The notes: a model not told the origin generated them from the sequence alone. Positions 10,964 through 21,742 are shown, numbered from the stretch's first letter. The stretch is DNA of 64,000 nucleotides from Parachlamydiales bacterium (GCA_027316765.1 DAHVFY010000002.1:1493-65492); one strand, 5' to 3'. Numbers and translations: made by a program.

Positions 10964-11530
10964 ATGCACGTTGACTGGGAAGAACAGTGGGCGCTTTTCG
11001 CGCCCAATTTTTATGAAGGATGCGCCCATATTAAACTAAAAAATGAGCGTACCCTGAAGCTTAAGCCAGGACCTGGCTTTGGCGATCTCTCGCATCCTAC
11101 AACCCGCCTCTGCCTTTCGCTCTTGGAAGGACACATCACCCCTAAAACAACACTCCTTGATATTGGCTGCGGTAGCGGGATTCTAACACTTGCCTCCTCC
11201 CTCCTCGGGGCTAAAAGTGCCTATGGCATTGACATCGACGAAGAAGCCATCGCCCACGCCCGTTTAAATGAACAAGAAAACTGCCTTCCAAATGTCCATT
11301 TCTCCAAAAAAATCCCCGAGAGCTTCACTCCTAACTTAATCATTATGAATATGATCCACTCCGAGCAACAGTGCGCTTGGAACTACCATTTTCAAGCAGT
11401 CCCCGTCATAACCTCAGGCGTTCTTAAAACACAACGCTCTAAGTATCTGCAACTTACACAATCTTGGGGCTGGACCCTCCTCTCTGAGCACCAAGAATCC
11501 TCCTGGCTGGCCTTCCTCTTTATTTCTTAA
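10964..11530 (+). CDS. PrmA-like class I SAM-dependent methyltransferase lacking the N-terminal L11-binding domain
   Basis: It starts at the conserved DWEEQW block, then carries PGPGFGDLSHPTTRLCL and LLDIGCGSGILTLA (SAM motif I). An in-frame TGA at 10952 prevents upstream extension. Confidence 0.6.
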   Translation: MHVDWEEQWALFAPNFYEGCAHIKLKNERTLKLKPGPGFGDLSHPTTRLCLSLLEGHITPKTTLLDIGCGSGILTLASSLLGAKSAYGIDIDEEAIAHARLNEQENCLPNVHFSKKIPESFTPNLIIMNMIHSEQQCAWNYHFQAVPVITSGVLKTQRSKYLQLTQSWGWTLLSEHQESSWLAFLFIS

Positions 11531-11547
11531 TAATTTATAAATAAAAT

Positions 11548-11586
11548 TTAAATCTTTATATAAAATTAATATTACTGTGTTATAAT
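11548..11586 (+). promoter_or_regulatory. Putative promoter cassette P2: TTAAATCTTTATA, 17 nt, TGTTATAAT
   Basis: The 13-mer is at 11548..11560 and TGTTATAAT at 11578..11586, 33 nt upstream of ATG 11620. It matches P1 in both elements and in spacing. Confidence 0.45.
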
Positions 11587-11619
11587 AATAATTAACATAA
11601 TATTAACCAATTTATTTTT

Positions 11620-12603
11620 ATGATAATTAACGATTATAAATCATTCAAGACTCAAGAACAAAGAGATGTTAAAACAATTAATAACAACCGTATTAATTGT
11701 GAAAAATATTTAAACATGATTTCCAGAGCCGACGCACATGATTTTTACGTCAATTTTAAAGGCGAACTAAAAATCATCACAAATGAAAAATCAATCCTAT
11801 CAAAAGCAAAGCGACTATTTATTAAAACACTATACGGCATTAACAACCATATTGTTGCTAGTAAAATACGTTACATTTACGAAGACAATAAAACAAACGA
11901 ACAAATTAAAGACATCTATGAGAATGCTCTCATGCATTTAATTGGCAAAAGCACAAAGGAAGGCGCAAAAGAAGCCACTACTCTTTATAAGACTCTCTTT
12001 CCACTTGACGATATTATTTACTCTGATAAAGACCCTATCCCAACTCAAGCTGAGCCACCATTGGAAGAGATTTTTGAATCTATTTACAACACCCCAAGTG
12101 TTCTTCTATCACAAATTACAGCAGCACTAGCTATTCTAAAAAATCCCGAATTTATCGGAGATCAAGAACAAACTATTCAAAATCTCAGGACACTTGCAGA
12201 AAAATACAACACAAGCACTCAAAAAGAAGAGCGCTTCAAACCAATCGATATAGAAAGCGCAATTCACGAGAGCATCCTCCAAGCTCATCGCGAAAGCCTT
12301 ATGACATCTATTAAATTTAACGCAAAACTCTTAAATGAAGCAACTCAACTAAATCAACCTTCTGAGCGTTCAAGACCTCAATCTGTTCATATGGGCCAAT
12401 TGCAACCAACGCGTAAAACAAAGAAAAGACCTCAGACTACGGTATATAGCACACCCACACCTCCCCCGGCCGTCTCTCAAGCTAATCGCAGCGCATATAT
12501 AGAAAGAACGCTTCATAAGCTTAGGGAACAAGTAGCGACTTACAACCAAGGCCTCAGAGAAGAGGAAACATCGATCAACGTAGAATCTTTATTAAATCAA
12601 TAA
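11620..12603 (+). CDS. Hypothetical protein, paralog family member A (candidate secreted effector)
   Basis: This 327-aa AT-rich ORF shares its N-terminal block ISRADAHDFYVNFKGEL...LYGIN...DN with ORF 12629. The C-terminal half is low-complexity and Pro/Thr-rich. Confidence 0.6.
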   Translation: MIINDYKSFKTQEQRDVKTINNNRINCEKYLNMISRADAHDFYVNFKGELKIITNEKSILSKAKRLFIKTLYGINNHIVASKIRYIYEDNKTNEQIKDIYENALMHLIGKSTKEGAKEATTLYKTLFPLDDIIYSDKDPIPTQAEPPLEEIFESIYNTPSVLLSQITAALAILKNPEFIGDQEQTIQNLRTLAEKYNTSTQKEERFKPIDIESAIHESILQAHRESLMTSIKFNAKLLNEATQLNQPSERSRPQSVHMGQLQPTRKTKKRPQTTVYSTPTPPPAVSQANRSAYIERTLHKLREQVATYNQGLREEETSINVESLLNQ

Positions 12604-12628
12604 ATCATTAACTAAAAAGGATAAAATT

Positions 12629-13249
12629 ATGGCTAATTATACTAATAACGAAATCGCAGCTATCGCAAAGGCTGATACTCATGACCTTTACACCAATTTT
12701 AGCGGTGAATTAAGAGCCGTTTCTAAAAATAACCTCGTGGCTCGATTTTTTGTCCATTTATTCCATGGAATTAATACGGATAACACCGTCTTAAGAACAA
12801 TCAAAGTTCTTAACGACAATTTAGAAGGCTTACACGTCAATGGCCAATATGCTACGCTCTTAAGCAGGTTAGACTCTTTAAAAGAAAAAGTGGGTCCTAA
12901 ACAACGTGAAAAACTTGTAGATGAGTTAAAGATAATGGAGCAAAAAACTACACTTATTTTTGAGAACAAACTAAGAAAGTTACAAACAAATATTAAAGAA
13001 AAAAGCGCAAAATCAGAAGATCTACAAACTGAACTTAATCAGTTAAAAAGAAATCAAAATTATCACCACGAAAAGCTAAAAACAAAACCTACCTCTGAAT
13101 TCATGAATCATTTAGAACAATTACAACAAATGTTAAATCTGAAAAAGATAGAAGAATTAGAAAAATCCATGAAAAACGAAAAAGACCTGATAATTAAATA
13201 CGAACTATCTTCAGAACTGAACAAACTTAAAAAACAATTATTTTCTTAA
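12629..13249 (+). CDS. Hypothetical protein, paralog family member B (coiled-coil C-terminus)
   Basis: This 206-aa ORF lies 25 nt after member A, with AAAAAGGA upstream. It has the N-terminal block IAKADTHDLYTNFSGEL...FHGIN...DN and a Lys/Glu/Leu-rich heptad-like tail. Confidence 0.6.
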   Translation: MANYTNNEIAAIAKADTHDLYTNFSGELRAVSKNNLVARFFVHLFHGINTDNTVLRTIKVLNDNLEGLHVNGQYATLLSRLDSLKEKVGPKQREKLVDELKIMEQKTTLIFENKLRKLQTNIKEKSAKSEDLQTELNQLKRNQNYHHEKLKTKPTSEFMNHLEQLQQMLNLKKIEELEKSMKNEKDLIIKYELSSELNKLKKQLFS

Positions 13250-13264
13250 TCTAAAACAATCTAA

Positions 13265-13294
13265 AAGTCCGCGAGGTGATCACCTCGCGGACTT
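13265..13294. terminator. Perfect 30-nt palindrome between convergent genes; probable groEL (and bidirectional) terminator
   Basis: The sequence is AAGTCCGCGAGGTGA/TCACCTCGCGGACTT. On the minus strand it is followed by TTTTAGATTGTTTTAG. It lies 18 nt after the groEL stop. Confidence 0.7.
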
Positions 13295-13311
13295 TGCTAC
13301 TGACACTTGAA

Positions 13312-14997
<1,686 letters not shown>

Positions 14998-15303
14998 TTA
15001 TACGGTTGCAAGTATTCCGAGAATTTCGTCTTCGGCCATAATCAAATATTCAACATCTCGTTCTTCAGTTTTCACTTCAGTGCCAGCATAGGCGCCAAAA
15101 AGAACGATATCACCCACATGCACGTGCATTGCAAGAAGATTGCCTTCATCATCCATCTTCCCTGGACCCACAGCAACAACTTGTCCTTGTTTGGGTTTTT
15201 CTTGTGCAGTTTCAGGAAGAAGAATTCCTCCTTTTGAGGTTTGCGCTTTAGATCTTTTGACAAGAACACGATTTCCTAACGGCTTAATATTTTCGTATGA
15301 CAT
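14998..15303 (-). CDS. groES: Co-chaperonin GroES
   Basis: It begins MSYENIKPLGNRVLVKR and includes the GGILLPE mobile loop. The start is at ATG 15303 with GGAG upstream. The tracked ORF start 15333 adds 10 non-conserved residues. Confidence 0.95.
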   Translation of the reverse strand: MSYENIKPLGNRVLVKRSKAQTSKGGILLPETAQEKPKQGQVVAVGPGKMDDEGNLLAMHVHVGDIVLFGAYAGTEVKTEERDVEYLIMAEDEILGILATV

Positions 15304-15372
15304 AGTGACACTCCTTAAAATGTTAGAAAGCAAGTGCTAGTGTAGAGAAAAACGAGCATTTTTGTCAAGTTT

Positions 15373-15399
15373 TTAGCACCCAAGAAGCACAAGTGCTAA
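15373..15399 (-). promoter_or_regulatory. CIRCE operator (HrcA binding site) upstream of groES
   Basis: The minus strand reads TTAGCACTT-GTGCTTCTT-GGGTGCTAA, compared with the consensus TTAGCACTC-N9-GAGTGCTAA. It sits about 70 nt upstream of the groES ATG. Confidence 0.85.
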
Positions 15400-15407
15400 G
15401 ACCCTGA

Positions 15408-16703
15408 TTAAGGCATTTGAGAAGGGTAGGCTGACTTGCAATGCGTTTCTTTAATCCGCAAAAGGCATAAGAGAGAAACTGCGAGAAAAATAGGTAAAAT
15501 AATAAATGCTATTTTATAGTCATGAACAGAAAAAACACGAGCCCCATTTAAGGTTGTACCATCCCACCCCATATCTAAAAATTTTCCTGTCAAAGGCTCA
15601 GAAAGGGCGCCGAGAAGTGCATCAAATGCGTTCATAAATCCGATAGCCGTTGCAGCAATTCCAGGCAAGGTGATCTCCCGAATCATTGTGAAGCAAAGCA
15701 AAAAACTGCTGATGCAAAATCCAAAAAAGAAGAAAAGAAAATTAAGCAGCGAAAAAGAGATCCCGGGAACGTAAACAATTGCAACAATTGCTAAAGCTGC
15801 AAGCATCGTTCCCCAAAACATAACGATACGCCGCCGACCAAGCCAATCGGAAAACCAACCAAAAACAGGTGCACCAATTGCAAAACCGATAAAAATCAAA
15901 GAGACAGCTTGAGCTGCAATGTTTTGCGATAAACCGAATGCTCCACTTGTAAACGAAATTCCCCACAATCCTCCAAATACCATTACGGGAGCAAAAGCTA
16001 GCCCGCTATACAGAGAAAGCCACCAGGCTTGAGGGTTTCTAAAAATTTGGAGCAGTGTATTGCCAATAGAAACTCTTTGCGAGGCGAGATTTTTCATATG
16101 CTTATGACTTTCTGCTTTATCGCGCACAATGAGAAAAAAGAGGGCTGCAAGCACAAATCCTCCAATTCCAATCACCTCCATTGCCTGACGCCAACTCATC
16201 GATTCGATGAATGCTGCAAGAGGAGCCTGCCCACCAACGGCACCTAACATACCAACTGTCATCATAAGTCCTGCCATAAAGGCAAAACGAGAAGCAGAGA
16301 ACCAATTCGCGATCAACTTTAGGCAATTAACTGCAGCAAACGCTGCGCCACACCCTGTTAAAAATCTGCCAATGCACGCTGTGGTAATTCCATCTGACTT
16401 TGCGAAGACAAAACTCCCAATAGCACATAAAGCGATCGCAACGGTTGTGACTTTGCGCGGACCAAACTTATCAATGAGTAAACCCGCCGGCAACTGCATA
16501 ATGAGGTAAGCATAAAAGTAACAAGCGGCGAGATTCCCAAGCTGAGTGCCGTTCATCTCAAAAGCACCCATCAAAGTCGTTGTCATCACGCTTGGGGAGA
16601 CTTCTAAAGCAAATTTATAAAACATGAAAATGGCGCTAAGCAGCCAAATAATCCATGCTAAAATAGAAACTTTTTTTGATTTTTTTCGTAACATACACTG
16701 CAA
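15408..16703 (-). CDS. MFS transporter, substrate unknown
   Basis: It is hydrophobic throughout, with the MFS loop signature LIDKFGPRKV between early helices and WLGRRR in the second half. Confidence 0.8.
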   Translation of the reverse strand: MQCMLRKKSKKVSILAWIIWLLSAIFMFYKFALEVSPSVMTTTLMGAFEMNGTQLGNLAACYFYAYLIMQLPAGLLIDKFGPRKVTTVAIALCAIGSFVFAKSDGITTACIGRFLTGCGAAFAAVNCLKLIANWFSASRFAFMAGLMMTVGMLGAVGGQAPLAAFIESMSWRQAMEVIGIGGFVLAALFFLIVRDKAESHKHMKNLASQRVSIGNTLLQIFRNPQAWWLSLYSGLAFAPVMVFGGLWGISFTSGAFGLSQNIAAQAVSLIFIGFAIGAPVFGWFSDWLGRRRIVMFWGTMLAALAIVAIVYVPGISFSLLNFLFFFFGFCISSFLLCFTMIREITLPGIAATAIGFMNAFDALLGALSEPLTGKFLDMGWDGTTLNGARVFSVHDYKIAFIILPIFLAVSLLCLLRIKETHCKSAYPSQMP

Positions 16704-16718
16704 TTATAAAGATCTATT

Positions 16719-17936
16719 CTAATAAAGTAAATACGATTTTCGTTTGACCAAATAGATTTCTTTCTCATTATGTTGATACTGGATCAATTTCCAAGCGATA
16801 TACTTCTCTTTCTCTATCCAATCTAGCATAACGGCATTTCCGCTTGCTTTGCAAAAAAGCTCCTTTTGAATGGGCGTAATTTTTGAAAGAGCCTCTTCAA
16901 ACTGTTTGGGATAAAGAGTTTTAAGAACACCCAAAATCAGATACTGAATCATTAAAGGACGATAAGTCTCAAAATTGGTAACCACAATTTTAACGCCTTG
17001 ACAATCTTTTCCTCTTTGAGAACCAAAAAAAGGGCGATAATGAAAGGGAAGAAAACGAACTCCCATCAGTTTTTGTGCATTGAGTGTTTCTGCAAATTTT
17101 TCCGCATCAATCCACGGAGCACCTACAACTTTAAAGGGAAGCGTATACCCGATCCCAATGTTAACAAGACCTAGCTCTCCAAGAAGCCCTGTTGATGCAT
17201 TATAAATTGGAGTGTCAGGTTCTGGGATATGAGGGCTTGTTGGCACCCATGTTAATCCAGTATCTTTGAACGTCATCGAGCGTTGCCACCCTTTCATGGG
17301 AATCACTTGCAATTTGCACTTGATCTCGTATTCCGCATTGAAAAAAAGAGCGAGCTCACCAATTGTCATTCCATGACAATAGGGGACGTTGATATAGCCG
17401 ATAAAGGAGCGCCACTTATTTTCTAACATCGGACCGTCTACGAGAATTCCACCCATCGGATTCGGACGATCAAGAACGATCATCTGAATTCCTCTTTTCG
17501 CAGCCTCTTCCATCGCATAAAAGAGTGTTGTGGCGTAAGTGTAGGACCGAATACCAATATCTTGAATATCGTAGATAAGAACATCTATTCCGTTTAGCAT
17601 CTCTTCTGTAGGACGACGCGTATCCCCCATCAGACTGTGTACGAGAATTCCATGAGGCCCTCTTCCTCCCTCTACCTTTTCCCATGCATACGCATCTCCT
17701 TTGAGCCCATGTTCAGGAGAAAAAAGAGCGACGACGCTGTAATGATGCGCATGCTCAACAAAAAGATCAATGGTAGAGCGAAGTTCTTTATCGACTCCTG
17801 TCTGATTGGTAATAATTCCTACTCGTTTATTTTCAAGCGCGGCATCAAACCTTTCTGAAAAAAAACGGTCAACACCGAGATCTACGCTTGCATTTAAGAG
17901 TCTTGTAAACAGGATGATAAATAGAAATACTCGCAT
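16719..17936 (-). CDS. DUF1343/YbbC family protein (NamZ-type exo-beta-N-acetylmuramidase) with signal peptide
   Basis: Blocks VGIITNQTGVD, ALFSPEHGLKGD, DVLIYDIQDIGIRSYTY, VLDRPNP, HGMTIGELA and VGAPWI follow B. subtilis YbbC/NamZ in order. An N-terminal signal peptide (MRVFLFIILFTRLLNA) is present. Confidence 0.8.
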   Translation of the reverse strand: MRVFLFIILFTRLLNASVDLGVDRFFSERFDAALENKRVGIITNQTGVDKELRSTIDLFVEHAHHYSVVALFSPEHGLKGDAYAWEKVEGGRGPHGILVHSLMGDTRRPTEEMLNGIDVLIYDIQDIGIRSYTYATTLFYAMEEAAKRGIQMIVLDRPNPMGGILVDGPMLENKWRSFIGYINVPYCHGMTIGELALFFNAEYEIKCKLQVIPMKGWQRSMTFKDTGLTWVPTSPHIPEPDTPIYNASTGLLGELGLVNIGIGYTLPFKVVGAPWIDAEKFAETLNAQKLMGVRFLPFHYRPFFGSQRGKDCQGVKIVVTNFETYRPLMIQYLILGVLKTLYPKQFEEALSKITPIQKELFCKASGNAVMLDWIEKEKYIAWKLIQYQHNEKEIYLVKRKSYLLY

Positions 17937-18014
17937 TGTTACACATATTAAATTAAATAACTCTTTGTGTAAACAATTCGCTTATGTTATGAGAAAATTT
18001 TGGAGGTTATGCTC

Positions 18015-21000
18015 ATGTCTGTAAATCCACTCGATTCTGAAGAAATCAAAAAGGCTGCCGAAATTATTCGTTCTGCGCACGGTAAGACATTGACACTTCA
18101 AGAAAGAGAAAAAGCTGCGATCGAACTTGCAGCGCACCTTCTTAATGAAGCAAATAGAATTCAAACGTTTAAAGAAAAAAGAATCCAAGCTCAGCTAGCG
18201 CGCATGATGCGAGACCCAAGAGGAAAAGCATTTACAACGAGCATGACAGATCAATGTTTTCGCAGCCATAAGAGCCCGCGTGTTGCAGCGCAACTCATCT
18301 ATCTCATCGAGCAGTTTGGGGTGCCGCAATACCTAGGAATTTTAAAAAGGGTACAGCTCTCTCTTTTCGCGATGCTCGGTAAATCAATTTCTTATCTTCT
18401 CGTTCCTGTTGTGATTTTCATGCTGAGAAAAGAAACATCAGCTGTCATCCTGCCTGGTGAAAAACATGCTCTTAAAAGTCACATGCAAAAAAGGCGTAAG
18501 GAAGGCGTGCGTTTAAACCTCAATCATTTGGGCGAGGCAATTTTAAGCGAGGAAGAGGCTCTCCAGCGTTTACACATCTATTTGAAAGATCTTGAAGAAG
18601 ATGAAGCTATTGAGTACGTCTCAATCAAAATCTCTACTATCTTTAGCCAAATCAACCTACTTGCCTGGGAAAAAAGTCTCGCAATTTTAGCGGATAGGCT
18701 CCGTCAACTCTATCGCGCAGCGATGCATCACACCTTCACGCGTGCAGATGGATCTAAATCTCCTAAGTTTGTAAACCTCGACATGGAAGAGTATAGAGAT
18801 TTAATCTTGACAAAAGATCTTTTCAAAAAAGTTCTTGAAGAGCCTGAATTTCATAATTTCTCTGCCGGCATCGTGTTACAGGCGTATCTTCCCGATTCAC
18901 ATGAGATTCAAAAAGAATTAACAGAATGGGCAATGCGACGGGTCAGCCAGGGCGGAGCTCCTGTTAAAATCCGCATCGTGAAAGGAGCCAATCTTGCCAT
19001 GGAGCAATTTGAAGCAAGCTTGCGCGGATGGCATCAAGCTCCTTATATGAACAAGCCTGATGTCGATGCTAATTATAAAAGAATGGTGTCTTACGGCTGT
19101 CAACCCGATCACGCAAAAGCTGTGCATCTAGGAATTGCAAGCCACAATCTTTTTGACATCGCCTTTGCGATGCTTGAGCGCTCTGAGAACAAAGTTGAAA
19201 AAGAGATCTCTTTCGAAATGTTGGAAGGAATGGCCGATCACATGCGTCGAGCTGTACAGAAAGTTGTGGGAGACATTCTTCTTTATTGTCCTATTGCTAC
19301 AAAAAAAGATTTTCAAAGCGCTGTTGCTTATTTGATCAGACGCCTTGATGAAAACACAGGGCCTGAGAACTTCTTAAGATACACTTTTGGTCTAAAACCT
19401 CACACGGAAGAATGGGATGAGCAGGTTGCTGTCTTTCGCAGATCTTGCGAAGGGATGAATAAACCTAGTACAAAACCACGCAGAACGCAAAATCGTCTAG
19501 AATCTTCCAAACCTTTTCCTTGTGATTCTCCTTTTGAAAATGAAGCTGACACAGATTTTGCCCTACCGCAAAATAGAAAATGGGCGGAAGAAATCGTTCT
19601 TAAATGGAATAAAAAGAACATTGAACCAATTCCTCTTGTCATTGCAGGTAAAGACATTCATCATCCACAGCCTGAAGGGGAGGGAGTCGATCCCTCAAAT
19701 CCCAAAGCGACTTCTTATCGTTACACGATGGCATCATGGGAAGAGGTGGATCAAGCTTTGCGCGACGCTAAAGCTTATGAGACTTCTTGGAGCGCCATTA
19801 GCGTTGCACAGAGATGTCAACTCCTTTCTAGTGCAGCTCACAAAATGCGCGAAAGAAAAGCGGACTTAATTGGCGTGATGATGCTAGATGGCGGCAAGAC
19901 GATCATGGAAGGAGATCCTGAGGTCTCAGAAGCGATCGACTTTGCAGAGTATTATAGTCGCAGCTTACTCAAAATGGATGCTTGTAAGGACGTTGCGTGG
20001 ACGCCAAAAGGGACAATTTTGATCACTCCACCCTGGAATTTTCCAGTCTCAATCCCTGCAGGAGGAATTCTTGCAGCACTTGCAGCTGGTAATTGTGTCA
20101 TTTTTAAACCAGCTCCTGAAGCCGTTTTAAGCGGTTGGATTCTTGTGAATGCGCTTTGGGATGCAGGAATTCCAAGAGAAGTACTTCAATTCATAAATTG
20201 CCCTGATGACCCAGTCGGCAGCAAATTAATTGCTGACCCTCGCCTTAATGCAGTGATTCTAACAGGAGCTACATCTACAGCAAAACTCTTCCTAAAAATG
20301 AACCCTAAACTGGATCTTGCTGCAGAAACAGGCGGCAAAAACAGCATGATTATCACAGGAATGGCCGATAGAGACCTTGCGATTAAAGATCTAATCCACT
20401 CTGCCTTTGGACATTCTGGACAAAAATGCAGCGCTGCAAGTTTGGCCATTTTAGAAGCAGAAGTGTATGACGATAAAAACTTCAGACGACAGCTCAAAGC
20501 AGCAGTTGAGAGTTTAACTGTGGGAACTCCCTGGGATCTTTCCTCTAAAGTGGTACCCCTTATTCGAGCCCCTCATGATGCACTCTTAAAGGGATTAACA
20601 TCTTTGGACCCCGGTGAAGAATGGCTAGTTGAGCCCAAGCAAGATTTGAGTAACCCTAATCTGTGGTCGCCAGGTGTCAAGCTAGGCGTCAAAGAGGGTA
20701 GTTTTATGCATCAAACAGAGCTTTTTGGACCGGTACTTGGTTTAATGCGAGCAAAAGATCTCGATCATGCGATCCACTTAGCAAATGGAACCCCTTATGG
20801 CCTCACCTCAGGACTGCAAAGTCTCGATGAAAGAGAACAAAAATTGTGGATGTCCAAAATTGAAGCGGGTAATTGTTATATCAACCGCACAATTACAGGC
20901 GCCATCGTTCGTCGTCAACCTTTCGGCGGTTGCAAAGCAAGCAGCTTTGGCAATGGAGCTAAAGCCGGCGGCCCCAATTATGTCCCTCAATTCGCTTTTC

Positions 21001-21641
21001 CGGCGCAAGTGAGTTTGCCTCAAGAAAAACTACCCGTTGATCAAAATGTCAATAACCTCATCAATTTTATTGAGAAAATTTCTTTATCGGCAGAAGATCT
21101 CGGAATCTTTTTTGCAAGCATTGCAAATTATTCCTACTGGGGCAAGCGATTTAGACAGGATCATGATCCTTCAAAAGTTGTGGGCCAAGATAACATTTTC
21201 CGCTATAAACCTCACACGCAAATGGCATTTAGGATCCAAAGTCAAGATAAACCCCTCGATATTTTCCGTGTCATTGCAGCGGCTCTAACTTGCGGCATTA
21301 ACTTAGATGTCAGCTTTTCACATAAAAACTCTCAGGTCGCGATCAACGATCAATGGCCGCATAGTTTCCACGAACTCTCCTTTACAGAAGAATCTGAAGA
21401 AGACTTCTTGAAAAGGGTGAAGGAAGGGACTTTTAAGCGGATTCGACTTATTTCCGCGCCAAGCGACCCTCTAGTCGAGGCGGCGGCCCGTTCGACAACC
21501 TACCTCGCTACAGCGCTTGTCCTAGCAAATGGTCGCTTTGAGCTGCTTCACTTTCTCAGGGAAGTCGCAATTAGTATTGACTATCATCGCTATGGCAACT
21601 TGGGCGTCCGCGAGGGAGAACTCCGCACTCCCGTTCTATAG
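18015..21641 (+). CDS. putA: Bifunctional proline dehydrogenase / L-glutamate-gamma-semialdehyde dehydrogenase (PutA)
   Basis: An N-terminal proline dehydrogenase barrel (NLNHLGEA, VKGAN, LEGM) is followed by an ALDH domain (FKPAPEA, ETGGKNSMII, GQKCSA). The start could be 18000 or 18015. Confidence 0.85.
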   Translation: MSVNPLDSEEIKKAAEIIRSAHGKTLTLQEREKAAIELAAHLLNEANRIQTFKEKRIQAQLARMMRDPRGKAFTTSMTDQCFRSHKSPRVAAQLIYLIEQFGVPQYLGILKRVQLSLFAMLGKSISYLLVPVVIFMLRKETSAVILPGEKHALKSHMQKRRKEGVRLNLNHLGEAILSEEEALQRLHIYLKDLEEDEAIEYVSIKISTIFSQINLLAWEKSLAILADRLRQLYRAAMHHTFTRADGSKSPKFVNLDMEEYRDLILTKDLFKKVLEEPEFHNFSAGIVLQAYLPDSHEIQKELTEWAMRRVSQGGAPVKIRIVKGANLAMEQFEASLRGWHQAPYMNKPDVDANYKRMVSYGCQPDHAKAVHLGIASHNLFDIAFAMLERSENKVEKEISFEMLEGMADHMRRAVQKVVGDILLYCPIATKKDFQSAVAYLIRRLDENTGPENFLRYTFGLKPHTEEWDEQVAVFRRSCEGMNKPSTKPRRTQNRLESSKPFPCDSPFENEADTDFALPQNRKWAEEIVLKWNKKNIEPIPLVIAGKDIHHPQPEGEGVDPSNPKATSYRYTMASWEEVDQALRDAKAYETSWSAISVAQRCQLLSSAAHKMRERKADLIGVMMLDGGKTIMEGDPEVSEAIDFAEYYSRSLLKMDACKDVAWTPKGTILITPPWNFPVSIPAGGILAALAAGNCVIFKPAPEAVLSGWILVNALWDAGIPREVLQFINCPDDPVGSKLIADPRLNAVILTGATSTAKLFLKMNPKLDLAAETGGKNSMIITGMADRDLAIKDLIHSAFGHSGQKCSAASLAILEAEVYDDKNFRRQLKAAVESLTVGTPWDLSSKVVPLIRAPHDALLKGLTSLDPGEEWLVEPKQDLSNPNLWSPGVKLGVKEGSFMHQTELFGPVLGLMRAKDLDHAIHLANGTPYGLTSGLQSLDEREQKLWMSKIEAGNCYINRTITGAIVRRQPFGGCKASSFGNGAKAGGPNYVPQFAFPAQVSLPQEKLPVDQNVNNLINFIEKISLSAEDLGIFFASIANYSYWGKRFRQDHDPSKVVGQDNIFRYKPHTQMAFRIQSQDKPLDIFRVIAAALTCGINLDVSFSHKNSQVAINDQWPHSFHELSFTEESEEDFLKRVKEGTFKRIRLISAPSDPLVEAAARSTTYLATALVLANGRFELLHFLREVAISIDYHRYGNLGVREGELRTPVL

Positions 21642-21742
21642 CACTTATATTAAATCTCTTAGAAGCAAGCTAAAATATTAAGTTTATATTAAATAAAATT
21701 TATGATATAATTAAAGTATAAAAAACAAATAAAAAGGCTATT

